Origin: the human T2T-CHM13v2.0 reference genome, Homo sapiens
Reading direction: 5' to 3' (one strand)
NCBI RefSeq assembly: GCF_009914755.1
Contig: NC_060925.1
DNA: 64,000 nt
Both the position numbers and the translations under genes were made by a program. Positions 1 to 15,931 of this stretch are shown here, in pieces; position 1 is the first letter of the stretch; every line of letters begins with the position of its first letter. The notes under the pieces were generated by a model. It worked only from the letters and a program-made list of their open reading frames with translations. It was not told where the DNA came from and ran no database searches.

Positions 1-1912
<1,912 letters not shown>

Positions 1913-3175
1913 CACTTATAGTTTTACTTTTTAAAATATAGGGCTTTGAGACTGGTTTTAAAATATTAAATTTGGTTGAAACTAGTCACACATTAGAAAT
2001 GATAGCTCAGGATGACCAACTGGCAACAGAAAAATCTGCATACGTATTTTCTAGATGTGGGCTTATGGAGACATATGGGGCCATACCTGTCTTGTGAGCT
2101 ACGTTCTCTCATGCTTAGGTTTCAAGCGGGGTGGTTGACAAAACATACCCAGCTCACGTAACTAACGATAAGTCATTTGCCCGGGTGGTCCTTTAAGGCC
2201 AACCTTGACGTTTCACACATGTGAGCCTGATTGACCAGTGAATGGAGAACACTCTTCGTGGGTCTGCTGAGGAAGAAGAACTTGGAGAGACTAATCACCA
2301 TTTTCCTACTAGGTTCTTAATGGCTTTAGAAACTGAGTTTCTCTCTAGACTTTGATGAGAAGCAGAAGAAAAAGCAACCAGGAAAGAACAATATAGTGCT
2401 CTGATATGTCTCAGAGCCAACTACCATGAATACCAAAACAGACATTGGCAAGCAAGGATACAGACCTGTGAATTGCAGCTATAAGAAATTAAGAAATACC
2501 ACCCTGAGCAGGACCAAGTTGAATTTGGAAGCTATGGCTTGTTTTTGTTTTTGTTTTTAAGTGATAAGCTGACTTGAGATAAAAGGAAGGCGAGAAGGCT
2601 CATTCCTTCAATTACCAACTGCTTCCTGAACATGAATAAGCATGAATAAGGCATGTAAGTAGGCACTATAGAATACTGAGGAGAAAAGACACACCTATTC
2701 ATCACTATGATGTGATGTAGAGATAAATACCATGAGAGGGTGAGGAAAGAGAGCTATCGGCAACGCACACTGTTAATGATTTAGGAATTCCTCCTCCTTG
2801 AGCAAGCAATCAGATCATCATCCTTAGCTCATCAACAGCTAATATTACAGTCCCTAATGCCCTTTCTTACCATCCCACTTCCTTCTTACCAACCCTAGTT
2901 CCAGTTCTGCTCTACCAGCCTTAGGGTAATCATGACCTGGTGCAGGGAAGTGGGAGAAGAGGCACTAGGCAGACAAACAGACCGTGCTGGACAGATAATT
3001 CATGAAGCCTTAAACACAGCTGCAGAATTAAAACAGAAATGTCAAGGGAACAAAGTGTTCCAGCTGACTTAACTTCCTGCTGATATGTCTCTGGGGAGGA
3101 GGGGTGAGGTCTGGAGTTCTAGTATTGGGGTAGAGGGAGGGCAGGGGGTCTGGTGCCGGTGGGAGCAGGACTTAC

Positions 3176-3289
3176 GTCTTTTCAGGCATGGGTACCCAGG
3201 AGTTGAGTTCCCATCTGCAAGGCTGTTGACACTCACTTCCTGAGGCTGGCCATGGTCAGAGGAGTCTCTCAGCTACTGATGTGCCCAAC
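3176..3289 (-). ncRNA. candidate internal exon (114 nt) of an antisense/divergent lncRNA
   Basis: Minus strand: CTAAC branch point, pyrimidine tract, TAG acceptor (ctaacatcctgtttttctgtag|GTTGGG) and GAC|GTAAGT donor. Stops in all three frames. No transcript data available. Confidence 0.4.
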
Positions 3290-4704
3290 CTACAGAAAAA
3301 CAGGATGTTAGGTTTCAGATCTGATTGAGCCATGAGATGCAAATTCCTTTTCCACCCCACCCCCACCCCTCTCCCCAACGGCTGCCACCCACACCATTCC
3401 CCTTTCTGCGGCAAAGCATTCATCTCCCTGTGTGACTTCCATCAGGGGCTGTCTGCTTCCTTTGCTTCATTGCCGCCTGGCTGTAAGGGGTCAGATTAGT
3501 GCTTAACCCATTTCATTATGGTTTCAGATTTATGGTCATTTTGATTAGGAGTTCCTTACCACATTCCTGGGTGACTGATGAGAACTCTCATCAAATTAGA
3601 AAAGGAGAACGGTAAAGTCACTTTGCTCTCTGCAAATCACCTATCTGGTAGGATCTTCGAATCCCCAGGCCTCACTTTGGCCCCTTTGCCTACAGGTTAT
3701 CTATAGGTAATTGGTTGTCAAATCTTTCTTTCCCTTGGTTAGTCTCATCCCATCTCTTTCTCTTTGTTGCCACCTAAAAGCCCTTCCACGTGCAATGAAG
3801 GAAACAGAAGCAGAAAACACAAATCAGAAGCCACTGCTCAAGTTCAATTATCTTCAAAATACAGATATCACCCATTTTCGCAGATGCAAACACCAAGCGC
3901 AAAACTCTCCCAGAACAACATTCTGAGTGCAGCAGGATCTCCATAAGGAGGCTGAAATGGATTCCAAACTTTGTGCCCACTCAAAGGACGGATGTGCACC
4001 CTGTTGGAGCGGGCCCCGCAAACCTGAGGACTGAAGCTGGCTCTGGCAATAGCTCACGTTCTCTTCTACCCCCTCCGCGGGCTCCTGGGGCTGTTTGCTC
4101 ACAGGATCCTTCCACATAAAGCTCTGCCATCAGCCCCTGCACCGAGCACACCTAAGTCAACGTCTTCTTCCTCTTGCCCCCGAGGCCTTCCTTGACGCTC
4201 CATCCTAGTCCTTCCGGCCTTCCTCAGTACCCAGCAACATCCAGTCTTACACTGCTTTAGCACATTTAGTATTTAGCTTGTATTCTGATTCGAAGACTCA
4301 AGGATCTATTACTGCCTTTTCAGATAAATGACACTCACAAGGTATGAACTCTATGTTTGCCTCATGGGTCCTAGAGTGGTATTAGGTACACCAAGATGAG
4401 AAAAGTCTTTAAAAGTCTCAAAGATTATCACACAGCAGGAAGCAGGCAGTGTAATTATAACATACTCCCAAACCATAAAAATACGGAAGAGACTTCAGCA
4501 CCAGGAGTTGTGACTTTATACAAGGAGATGATAGTATGTAAACTAGTTGATATGTGGTAATTAGGAAAAAAGGTCAGGTCTTTAACTGCGCTATGGTATA
4601 CTGTATATTACAACTCCCTATGTTATTACTGCATTTTTAAGTGGGCATGTGAGAAGTGGATGACAAAATGAATTATCTACTTTTTTGCACGGGGCTAGTG
4701 TGCA

Positions 4705-5830
<1,126 letters not shown>

Positions 5831-6451
5831 CTATCAGGCGGGGACACAGGTTTTCAGTATGTTTTTGCAAATGAGCACTTTGCCAAAGTCAAAAACAAGA
5901 ACACGTTGTGCAGAAAACTTTTGACATACTTCTCTGCCTGTTATCCATGTAAAAAGACAAAGGGAGATGAGTCATAGGTGGGATTTGGATACTATTATTT
6001 CTTATAATCTGTTTAACTTTATTTGTATAGAATTGTTGGAGATAATTGTTTTAAGACCAAGCGGGTAACCTCGAGCTTGGGCAAGCTCCTGCCCACTTCA
6101 AGATACTGATTTGAATTAGTGAATGCCCTTAGAGGTAAAACTGCAACATCACTTAACCTTACCAACAATATCCTAAAGAAATTATATCAAAAAAAACCTT
6201 CATTTCAGTAAACATCACCTCATTTTCTCGGAGAAATTAGTTCTTTGTTAAGAATGAGAAAAAGGATTATCAATACCAACTGCTCTTTAAAATTCAGATA
6301 GGAATTAAAACACTTTAAATTCTGACAATGGTTACTCTTATTTTTTTCAATTTACAATTGTTTTTCCTCCACGAATGATGTTAGGCTTCTCACTCCCTTT
6401 TTCTGCATCGCATTGTCCCATCTTTCTGTTTCTCTCTCTTTCTTTCTCTCT

Positions 6452-6454
<3 letters not shown>

Positions 6455-6498
<44 letters not shown>
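6455..6498. repeat. (TG)22 microsatellite after a CT-rich tract
   Basis: Read directly from the sequence. Confidence 0.98.
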
Positions 6499-6499
<1 letters not shown>

Positions 6500-6658
6500 A
6501 TATGTTTCTCTCTCTGCCCTTCCCTGCCAGTCTCTTTCTCTCCATCTCTGCTCCACATTTTTCTGAGGGTCAACCTCTTTCTTTGTACTGATATATGTGT
6601 CTGATTTTGTCTTCTTATAAGTTTGTATCTATCTGAATCAGTTGAATACCTTCAGCTA

Positions 6659-6975
<317 letters not shown>

Positions 6976-7021
6976 AAGATCATAACTTGAATGGCTTAAG
7001 CCATAAGGAAATGTATTGCTC

Positions 7022-7524
<503 letters not shown>

Positions 7525-7964
7525 TCATCTCAGGGTTGCTTGATTCAGCACCTCAACAGAGTTATCGGGTTTTTTATTCAATGAACATTCACTAAGCGCC
7601 TATTTGCGCCTGGCCTTGATTTGGGCACACAGGAAACACACTGAAAAAAAAGAAACAAAGATATCTGTGTTCATGGAGTTTACATTCTGGCTTTTCGCAG
7701 CTTTGCCTCATGGTAGCAAAATAGCTGTTGCAGTTCCAGGCATCATTATAAGGTAAGATAACATCCAATATTTACAGGGCATCTCTTCCTGTGTGCTTCT
7801 TTATCAGAAAGGGTAATGCTTTCCCCCTTTTGTCTCATTAGTCAAAATTTCCTCACTTATCCCTCCCTAAAAAATAAAACAATTTCTGGCAAGGGGAATG
7901 ATATTTCTAAAACTGGCTTAGACGATGCAGGAAATATCTTTTTATTGAACCTTAAAAAACCCAC

Positions 7965-8335
7965 TAACACCAGGCCCCACTCCCTATTGTTCTAGCATGG
8001 GGCCCAGGCCCAGATTTTTTCTTTTAAACAGGGTCTCACTCTGTTGCCCACACTGGAGTGCAGTGGCATGATCGTATCTCACTGCAGCCTTGAATTCCTG
8101 GCTCAAGCGATCCTCCCACCTCATCCTCCTGAGTAGCTAGGACAGATTTTTTTTTTTTTTTTAAGAGATGGGGTCTCACTACACTACCCAGACCGGTCTC
8201 TACCTCAAGTGATCTTCCTGCCTCAGCCTCCCAAAGTGTTGGAATTACAGGCATGAGCCACTGAATCCAGCCAAGAAAGATTTTTTCCAAAGCTCCCTGG
8301 GTCATTCTAATTTACAGCCTGACTTGAAACTGTTG
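7965..8335. mobile_element. MER5-family hAT MITE remnant split by AluJ
   Basis: caggccccactccc..ggggcccagg and aagctccctgggtcattctaatttacagcc..ttgaaact resemble MER5A. Confidence 0.6.
8016..8272 (-). mobile_element. AluJ (internally deleted)
   Basis: AluJ diagnostics (acagggtctcactc, gctcaagcgatcctccc); flanking repeat AGATTTTTTC. Confidence 0.9.
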
Positions 8336-8978
8336 TGCAGGCGCCCTGCATGATATACTTCTTAGGTTTAAGAAGGTTCGAGCTTCCTTGGTAGATTTAC
8401 CTAATGTCATTCCTAAAACCTGGGATAATGTGTTAGAAGGAGAAGGTTGTGATCTTTTGGGACCTCTCAGTCATCCCCTTGGGTTTTCCATCAACACTGT
8501 TTTTTAGCCTCAGTTATTAGACCAGTGTCTTCTCCTAGCCCCATCCCTCATTGGCCCTTCTCTCAGCTGGAGACCACCCAGCCCTTTTCTTAGAGTACCT
8601 GAGCTGAGTGCAGTCTCTATCCTCACAGCCACCCTTTCCTCAGTCCAGTCTGTAACTCTTTTGTTTTCTTCTTTTTTAAAAATTAGATCTCTCCCCCCCA
8701 AATTACGAAAATACATGTGTTTACTATAACCATTGAAACAGCACAAAGTTATTTCTACCAAGAAATATTTGAATAATCTTCCTCTTCCTGTATCCATTCT
8801 CTATTACTCGAGAAGATGAGGCTCTCTCTGGGCCTGTCTCTCTCCATGGCCAGTGCCCTCAGGCCCCAGCTTGTCTGTGGATCTCTGTGGTGGGGGTAAG
8901 GAGGAGGGGGTGACAAAAAGCTGGCACAGGAGTCAGTCCAGAATCAAAGCAGTGTGAGGGCTCAATTCTTCCCCCTAA

Positions 8979-9317
<339 letters not shown>

Positions 9318-9976
9318 TGAAATAATTTTAAACTTTGAGAAAAGTTATAAAGTTAACACAAAGAACTCCCATATAGCCTCCCACCCAGAATTCCTTTCAG
9401 TTTTGCCAATTATCCTAATAATTCCTTTAATATGCTTGGCTCAAACAAGCCAACCCAAACCACTCATTTAACCCAGTTATCATGTCTCTCTAGCCTCCTT
9501 TAACCAGAACCCTTCCTCAGCCTTTCCTTGACTTTCCTGACATTGACACTTATAAAAACTACAGACCAGTCATTTTGAGGAATGTCTTCCTATTTGGTTT
9601 CTCCGGTGTTTCCTCATGATTAGATTCAAGTTATGTCCTTTTGGCCAGAATATTACAGAAGTGATGGTGCATTCTTATTGCATCTCATCATGTGACGTCA
9701 ATTTGTTTCATTACTGGTGATGTCGACTTTGGTCACTTGATTAATATGATGTCTATTAAAGCTTCTTCTCTGTAAGGTTGCTTTTCTCCTTATTGTAATT
9801 AATCAGTGACTTGAGGGAGCTAGTTTAAATTATGTAAAACCTCATTCCTTACCCCACTTCTACCCAATAGATTTAGCACACAACTTTGTTTCTTTCCTAA
9901 AATTAATTTAACTATGATGGTTGTTAGATGGAAATTTTCTAACTTTTTTTACACGTTAGTTGGCATTTTCTATGTT

Positions 9977-10272
9977 TTCTTTTTCTTTTTTTTTTTTTTT
10001 TTTTGAGATGGAGTCTTAGTCTGTCTCCCAGGCTGAATGAAGTACAGTGGGGTGATCTTGGCTCACTGAAACCCCCACCTCCCAGGTTCAAGCTATTTTT
10101 CTGCCTCAGACTCCCGAGTAGGTGGGATAATAGGCACACACCACCACACCTGGCTAGCTTTTGTATTTTTAGTAGAGACAGGGTTTCACCATGTTGGTCA
10201 GGCTGGTCTGCAACCCACCTGCCTCAACCTCCCAAAATGCTGGGATTACAGGTGTAAGCCACCGCACCCATC
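9977..10272 (-). mobile_element. AluS
   Basis: TSD CATTTTCTATGT at 9964-9975 and 10274-10285. Confidence 0.93.
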
Positions 10273-10277
10273 CCATT

Positions 10278-10481
10278 TTCTATGTCTTGAATGTGTCCTC
10301 CAAAGTTTATTTGTTGGGAACTTAATTCCCAATGCAACAATATTTTGAGATAGGACCTTTAAGAGATGATTATGAGGGCTCTCCTCTCATGAATGAATTA
10401 ATGCTGTTGTCTCAGGAGTGAGTTAGTTATCAAAAGAGTGGGTTCCTGATAAAAGGATGAGTTCAGCTCCTTTCCTCCCCT

Positions 10482-10519
<38 letters not shown>

Positions 10520-10849
10520 ATGCTCCCTCACACCAATGCATGCCTTTCTTTCTTTCTTTCTTTTTTTAATGTAGAGACAGAGTCTCAAGATATTTACCAG
10601 GCTGGTCATGAACTTCTAGGCTCAAGTGATCCTCCAACCTCAGCCTCCCAAAATTCTGAGATTACAGGCGCCACCATACCCAGCCCATGCAACACTTTTC
10701 AACATGATGTAGCAAGAAGGCCCCCACCAGATGTTAATGCTATGCTCTTGGACTTCACAGCCTCCAGGACTATTTGCCAAATAAAAATTTCATTATAAAT
10801 TACCCAGTCAGTGGTATTCTGTTACAGCAGCATAAAATGGACTAAGACA
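10278..10849 (+). mobile_element. MST (MSTB-like) MaLR solo LTR
   Basis: Begins tctatgtcttgaatgtgtcctccaaa and ends aaatggactaagaca; 5-bp TSD GCATT (9963-9967 and 10850-10854). Confidence 0.88.
10545..10686 (-). mobile_element. Alu monomer (FLAM/left-arm-like) inside the MST LTR
   Basis: Single Alu arm with a T-rich tail. Confidence 0.8.
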
Positions 10850-11859
10850 GCATTATACTGTAAGAAAGAACTTTCTCTTCTACTTATTCACTTAGTTATT
10901 TATATCATTGTAGATTCATGAGCTCCCATTTTATTTGAAGAGTTCTAATCCATTGCTTTCATTATTTATTTTGATTTTTACACAATCTCAATATTACTGG
11001 CAGGAGCACCTGTAAACTGATTTTTGTATCATTTTAACATCTCCCCCATCACTCTTTGAGTACTTCCTTATTTTCTGCTACAATAAGATGTTCCAGGCTT
11101 ATCTTGTCCTACCTGCCCTGGCCCTGTAATTAGCCATTTACTCCAAGAAGTCCTGGTTCTATTAATGAAGCACAGTAGTTAGAAACCAAGATCTGGGCTT
11201 TATGTGCACCTATTGTTACTGGAGTGTCATCGCTCCCAGGCTTTCTCAGTGCATCAAACCAGGAAATATATGTATGCATGTACACACATTTATATCTACA
11301 TTTACTTCCATATCTATCTATGTATACTGAAAACCATGACCTCACACCAATACCTCCTATTCCAATGCAACATCCCAGGGTTCATTCTAGCCCTTTTCCT
11401 TTGCATATTTGTACATCCCTTCCCCATCAGTGAGGAATCTGGCTCCCGTTGTCCTCAAGGTATCTAAATATCTATTTGCTCAATTTCTCTGTGTAGCCAA
11501 TTTCCTGATCTCTGCAGGGCTGCTACCCCACAGGCCTAGTCAAAAGCTCTCCTCATGAAGTCCCCAGCCTATGCTGACTGCCTTCTCCACCACTCCAATA
11601 TCCTCCCGCTGCAGTCCCACTGCTGCTGTGCTGTCTTTCTCCTCAATTTCCTCATCTGCCTTTGGGAAACTTTCCATTGCAGGTTCTTAAAGACATAAAA
11701 ACACTTCAGACTTTGTGCTTTCATTTCAATGTAATTCAAATTTATTCCTCAATGACAGTTACGGCAAAATGAATTGGGATTTGTGTGTGTGTGTGTGTGT
11801 TTCATTATATTTTGTTTTGCCAGATTCCCAGAATTTAGGAATGAATGGTATTATGTAAA

Positions 11860-11960
11860 ATGTTATATATATTATGTTTATATTATTTTATATATTTATA
11901 TTGTATATATTTATATATTATATTAATATAACTATATTATATAGATGATATTTCATGTAA
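11860..11960. repeat. AT-rich low-complexity (TA/TTA) tract; short (TG)n at ~11782-11800
   Basis: Read directly from the sequence. Confidence 0.85.
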
Positions 11961-12301
11961 TACCATATGAGGTAATTTTTACCTATATATGCATTTACCT
12001 ATACCATAGTAGGTAGTATTTGTAGTCGTAAAAGAATATTTGCTTCTTGCTCTTCATTTTTAAAATAGATGATCAGCAGTACAGTGTGTCCACTATAAAC
12101 AGCTGATTGATTAGACCTCTTTGCAATTCTGCTTGAAAGCTAATTAAGTTACTACTTATTGTGGCCTTTCATGATCTTTTCTCCCACTGGGTCCTTATTT
12201 CCATGGGAGACCCATCTCTGAAAGACTCTGTCTCTGACTTAAAGGGAAAGATCCTAATTTGCTTCACTTGTTCATTCATTCACGCACATATTCGCCAAAT
12301 T

Positions 12302-12447
12302 ATTTTTATTTTACTTTATTTTTTTAGAGACAAGGTCTTGTTCTGTTGCCAAGGATAGAGTGCTCACTGCAGCCTTGAACTCCTGGGCTCAAACCATCCT
12401 CCACCTCCCAAAGCACTGGGATTACAGGTGTGAGCTACCACCTGGCC
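12302..12447 (-). mobile_element. truncated AluJ/FLAM inserted in an L2 3' end
   Basis: Alu fragment flanked by L2 terminal text (ttcattcattca..aatatttattgag). Confidence 0.75.
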
Positions 12448-12549
12448 TCATTCACTAAATATTTATTGAGGGCCTTCTATATGCCTGGCTCCTCCCCATA
12501 CCTCCCCATACGCCCCTCCCTTGGCTGAGCTGTATCTCTGGTGTTCTTG

Positions 12550-13166
<617 letters not shown>

Positions 13167-13669
13167 GGTGTTTTTATTGTTAGTTACCTGATGACCTCTA
13201 CTTATTGCGTGGCTGGTTCTGGCTATCAGGATATATGAAGGGGAAGGCCCAGGGTAGACTGAAGGAAGTGGTTCCGTGTTAGCCAGCCAGACCTCCAGAG
13301 AGAGAGGGGAACCAACTCCTCGGAAAGTCACTTTCCCTTCCCCTTGGGCTGTTGTTTCCTCCCAGCCCCCAGAGCAGCCAGTTACAATCCCAGATAACCC
13401 AGCAAACCTGGGTGTTTATCAGCAGAGTTACTGCTATTCTGGCTCCTGGAGATCTTCTGTAGGGACAGAAGAAGAAGATAAGGGGAGTACACACACCACA
13501 CCTACTCATGGCTGCCTAAACACAGCTCGGGGCTACCTCTTGGTCCCTCCCTCCCCGTTTTCCACCCCCTCCCTCAGGAGAAGTCCCAGTCTGGGGCCCA
13601 AATAGCTCTGGAGCAGCATTAAACTCTGCACTGGGGACCCAGGAGCATGGTGGAGGCCAAGCTTGTTTG

Positions 13670-13795
13670 CTTTGTGGTCATCTGTTCTCAGCCAAGAGAG
13701 GCCTAAGCAGGGCGTGGGGAGCAGCTGCAAGTCACCTTGGGTGATTGATGTTATCTAGGCCTAACGGTTTCCTCTGGGTAAGCACTTCCGCCCTC
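13670..13795. promoter_or_regulatory. candidate upstream enhancer (RUNX, E-box, GATA, MYB, ETS, GC box)
   Basis: TGTGGT 13673, CATCTG 13679, CAGCTG 13722, TTATCT 13751, TAACGG 13762, CACTTCCG 13783, CCGCCC 13788. Motif matches only. Confidence 0.4.
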
Positions 13796-14227
13796 CTGTT
13801 TGTGAAGCCAGAAACCTGTGCTGGGGCAGCCCCATTCTGAGCACAAAGGAGGACTAGGTAGAGGGAGAAAGGAAAAGGCCCTGTGGAGCAGAGTTAGAAG
13901 ACCTGATAGTAGACTATGCAGTCATCACTACGTCCTGCACCTTTAAAAAGAAAGGAAAGAAGCACGAGCAAAAGTGTGCCTTGCAGGTTACCAGTAAATA
14001 CCCTTCCTTACTGCCGACTCTGCTCTCGAGTCTTCACCTGAGCAGCCATGTGGCTGGACTGGGAGGGGCCTCACTATTAATTCCTGGGAGTGAGGGCTCT
14101 TTTCACTGGGTCCCCGAGTGCCTGTCTCTAAATAAAAGAAATATCAGGCTCTTATTCATCTGAAGCTTGTACATGGGGCTAAGCATGATAAAAACAGCCA
14201 CTTTTTGCAGAGTGCCTACTACATTGT

Positions 14228-14350
14228 ATAGGTGAGGAAAATGAGAATCAGAGCAGTTAAGTGACTTGTCTAAAACAACTAGAAAGTAGCAGAGCTGGAA
14301 TTCAGCCCTCAATCTGTCTGTTCCTAAAACCAGGCGTCTTCCTCTATGCT
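14228..14350 (-). mobile_element. MIR
   Basis: MIR core: gaggaaaatgagaatcagagcagttaagtgacttgtc. Confidence 0.8.
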
Positions 14351-15739
14351 TAGCTAAGCTAAAGAACTAGAAGCCACTCTGGCATTAGGGCTGCCAGTGT
14401 TTTAGAAAGTTGGGCCTTAGAAAGTTCTAGGACAGGAAGGAGGCCATATTTCTAAGACTGGTACCCAAAGCAGCAATCTAAGTGCCTGAAAGTGCAAAGA
14501 TGGTGCCGGGATAACCAGAATCAGGGTAGTCTTTGTAGCAGGAGCAGACTCTCAGCCTTTTTTCTCTACTGTTTCTCCACATGTCTCTTCACAGTGCTCA
14601 CCATCACCTGTCCCATTGCCCACCTCTGATGGGGCTCCCCTCCCCTGGTTGAGCTGGGGTTGGGCGGGTGAGAATGCTGTGGGATAACCCAGAGGCGTCA
14701 TATACCCAGCCAATACCCTGGCACTCACAGGTCTCTCAAGGCATTTTCCTGTTTCTCTCTGCCGAAGGGTCTGAAGGGGGCCGGGATCCGGGTAGCAGGG
14801 AGTGACCCTGGTGCAGATTCCAGTCCCCGAATCCCTCCCATGCGGTCTCTGCTGCCCAGCCGGGATGGCCCTAAAGGAAGGTTGCTATGCTGGGCCCTAT
14901 GGGAATCAGATGTTGAGCATCTTGCCCTTTGCTATATTTAACAGGAATGGAGACGAGGCCCTTTAGCAAGCAGCTTGTGGGAGCCAAAATTCCCACAAAA
15001 CCGAATGCATCAGTCAAAGCAAGGTTTGAAGAAAAGATTTACCACTTCAGGGAGCTTGGAAAACTTTGCGTGGATTCCTGATTTTCCTCCTCCTCCTCCT
15101 TCTACTCGTATACAGAAGATAGATGGATAGATGGATAGATAGTGGTTTCCTGGAAGGTGGAGAGGAAAAGAGGTGAGAAGGGAAAGGTGGTCCCGTCGGC
15201 GCCACGCTGAGCTCTGAAGCCTCGGTCAGAAGGGCTCCTCTTTTGGTAGAACACAAACGCCTTCCACCAGGGAGGGTCCTCGAACTCCACCCAAGAACTG
15301 CAGGGAAACCAGGTATGACAGTAATGCAATTTTAAAAAGAGGGAGAGGAAGAAGGAAAGCAGGAAGGATGGACACAAAAGAAGGAAATCGAAAAGAGAGG
15401 AAACAAAAAGAATTAAAGGACCACTCTAATTCTTGAAGGGACAGGAAAAAGAAAGAAGGCGCATTAAGGGAGGGAGACGTTGAGAAGGACTGAGACCGTG
15501 GCAAAGCCCAGGGTCCTGAGAAACTTCGCGAGACAGAGGGGCCCGGTGGCTGCCCATCCCCATGTTTGGGCACATGGAGTCGTGGCTCCCGCTCTTGAGT
15601 CCTGCCCTGGGAGGGACAGTATCTGTTTAGATTTGCGTCTAAATTTAAACCCTGATCGTCGGCCTCCCTCCCCGCTCCCCACCCTCCCCTCCCCTCCCCT
15701 TCCTCCCTCCCTCCCTCCTCCTCCTTCCTCGTTCTCTCG

Positions 15740-15925
15740 CGCAGGGCCCCCGCGGCCGGGGCAGTCCCGCAGCCGAGCGCAGCCGGGCGCGCGCCACCGC
15801 CCACTCGCCCTGTGCCCGCCGCAGCCCGAAACTGGCCACGGCCGGGAGCGGAGGGGACAGCGGGGATCGTGAGCTCCGGCCCGGGCGAGCGGGTGCGTCT
15901 GCCGCAGAGTCGGCACCTGAAGGAC
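15740..15925 (+). other. RCSD1: 5'UTR part of exon 1 (TSS approximate)
   Basis: GC-rich and ATG-free, leading into gacATGG. The start coordinate is inferred, not observed. Confidence 0.6.
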
Positions 15926-15931
15926 ATGGAG
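15926..15931 (+). CDS. RCSD1: coding part of exon 1 (Met-Glu) of CapZ-interacting protein (CapZIP)
   Basis: Strong Kozak GACATGG followed at once by donor GAG|GTAAAG (phase 0). A two-codon first exon, ME N-terminus and a first intron longer than 48 kb fit RCSD1 as I recall it. Needs BLAT confirmation. Confidence 0.75.

Larger units (their letters stand above)
9330..11500 (-). mobile_element. L1MC4/5-like 3' region hosting nested MST LTR and Alus
   Basis: L1MC 3'UTR text (tttcctcatgattagattcaagttatg; caataagatgttccaggcttatcttg; gaaaccaagatctggg) on both sides of the insertions. Confidence 0.75.

Noticed and set aside
2631-2660. CATGAATAAG x2 short duplication
   Set aside because: Ordinary 10-bp slippage with no supporting context.
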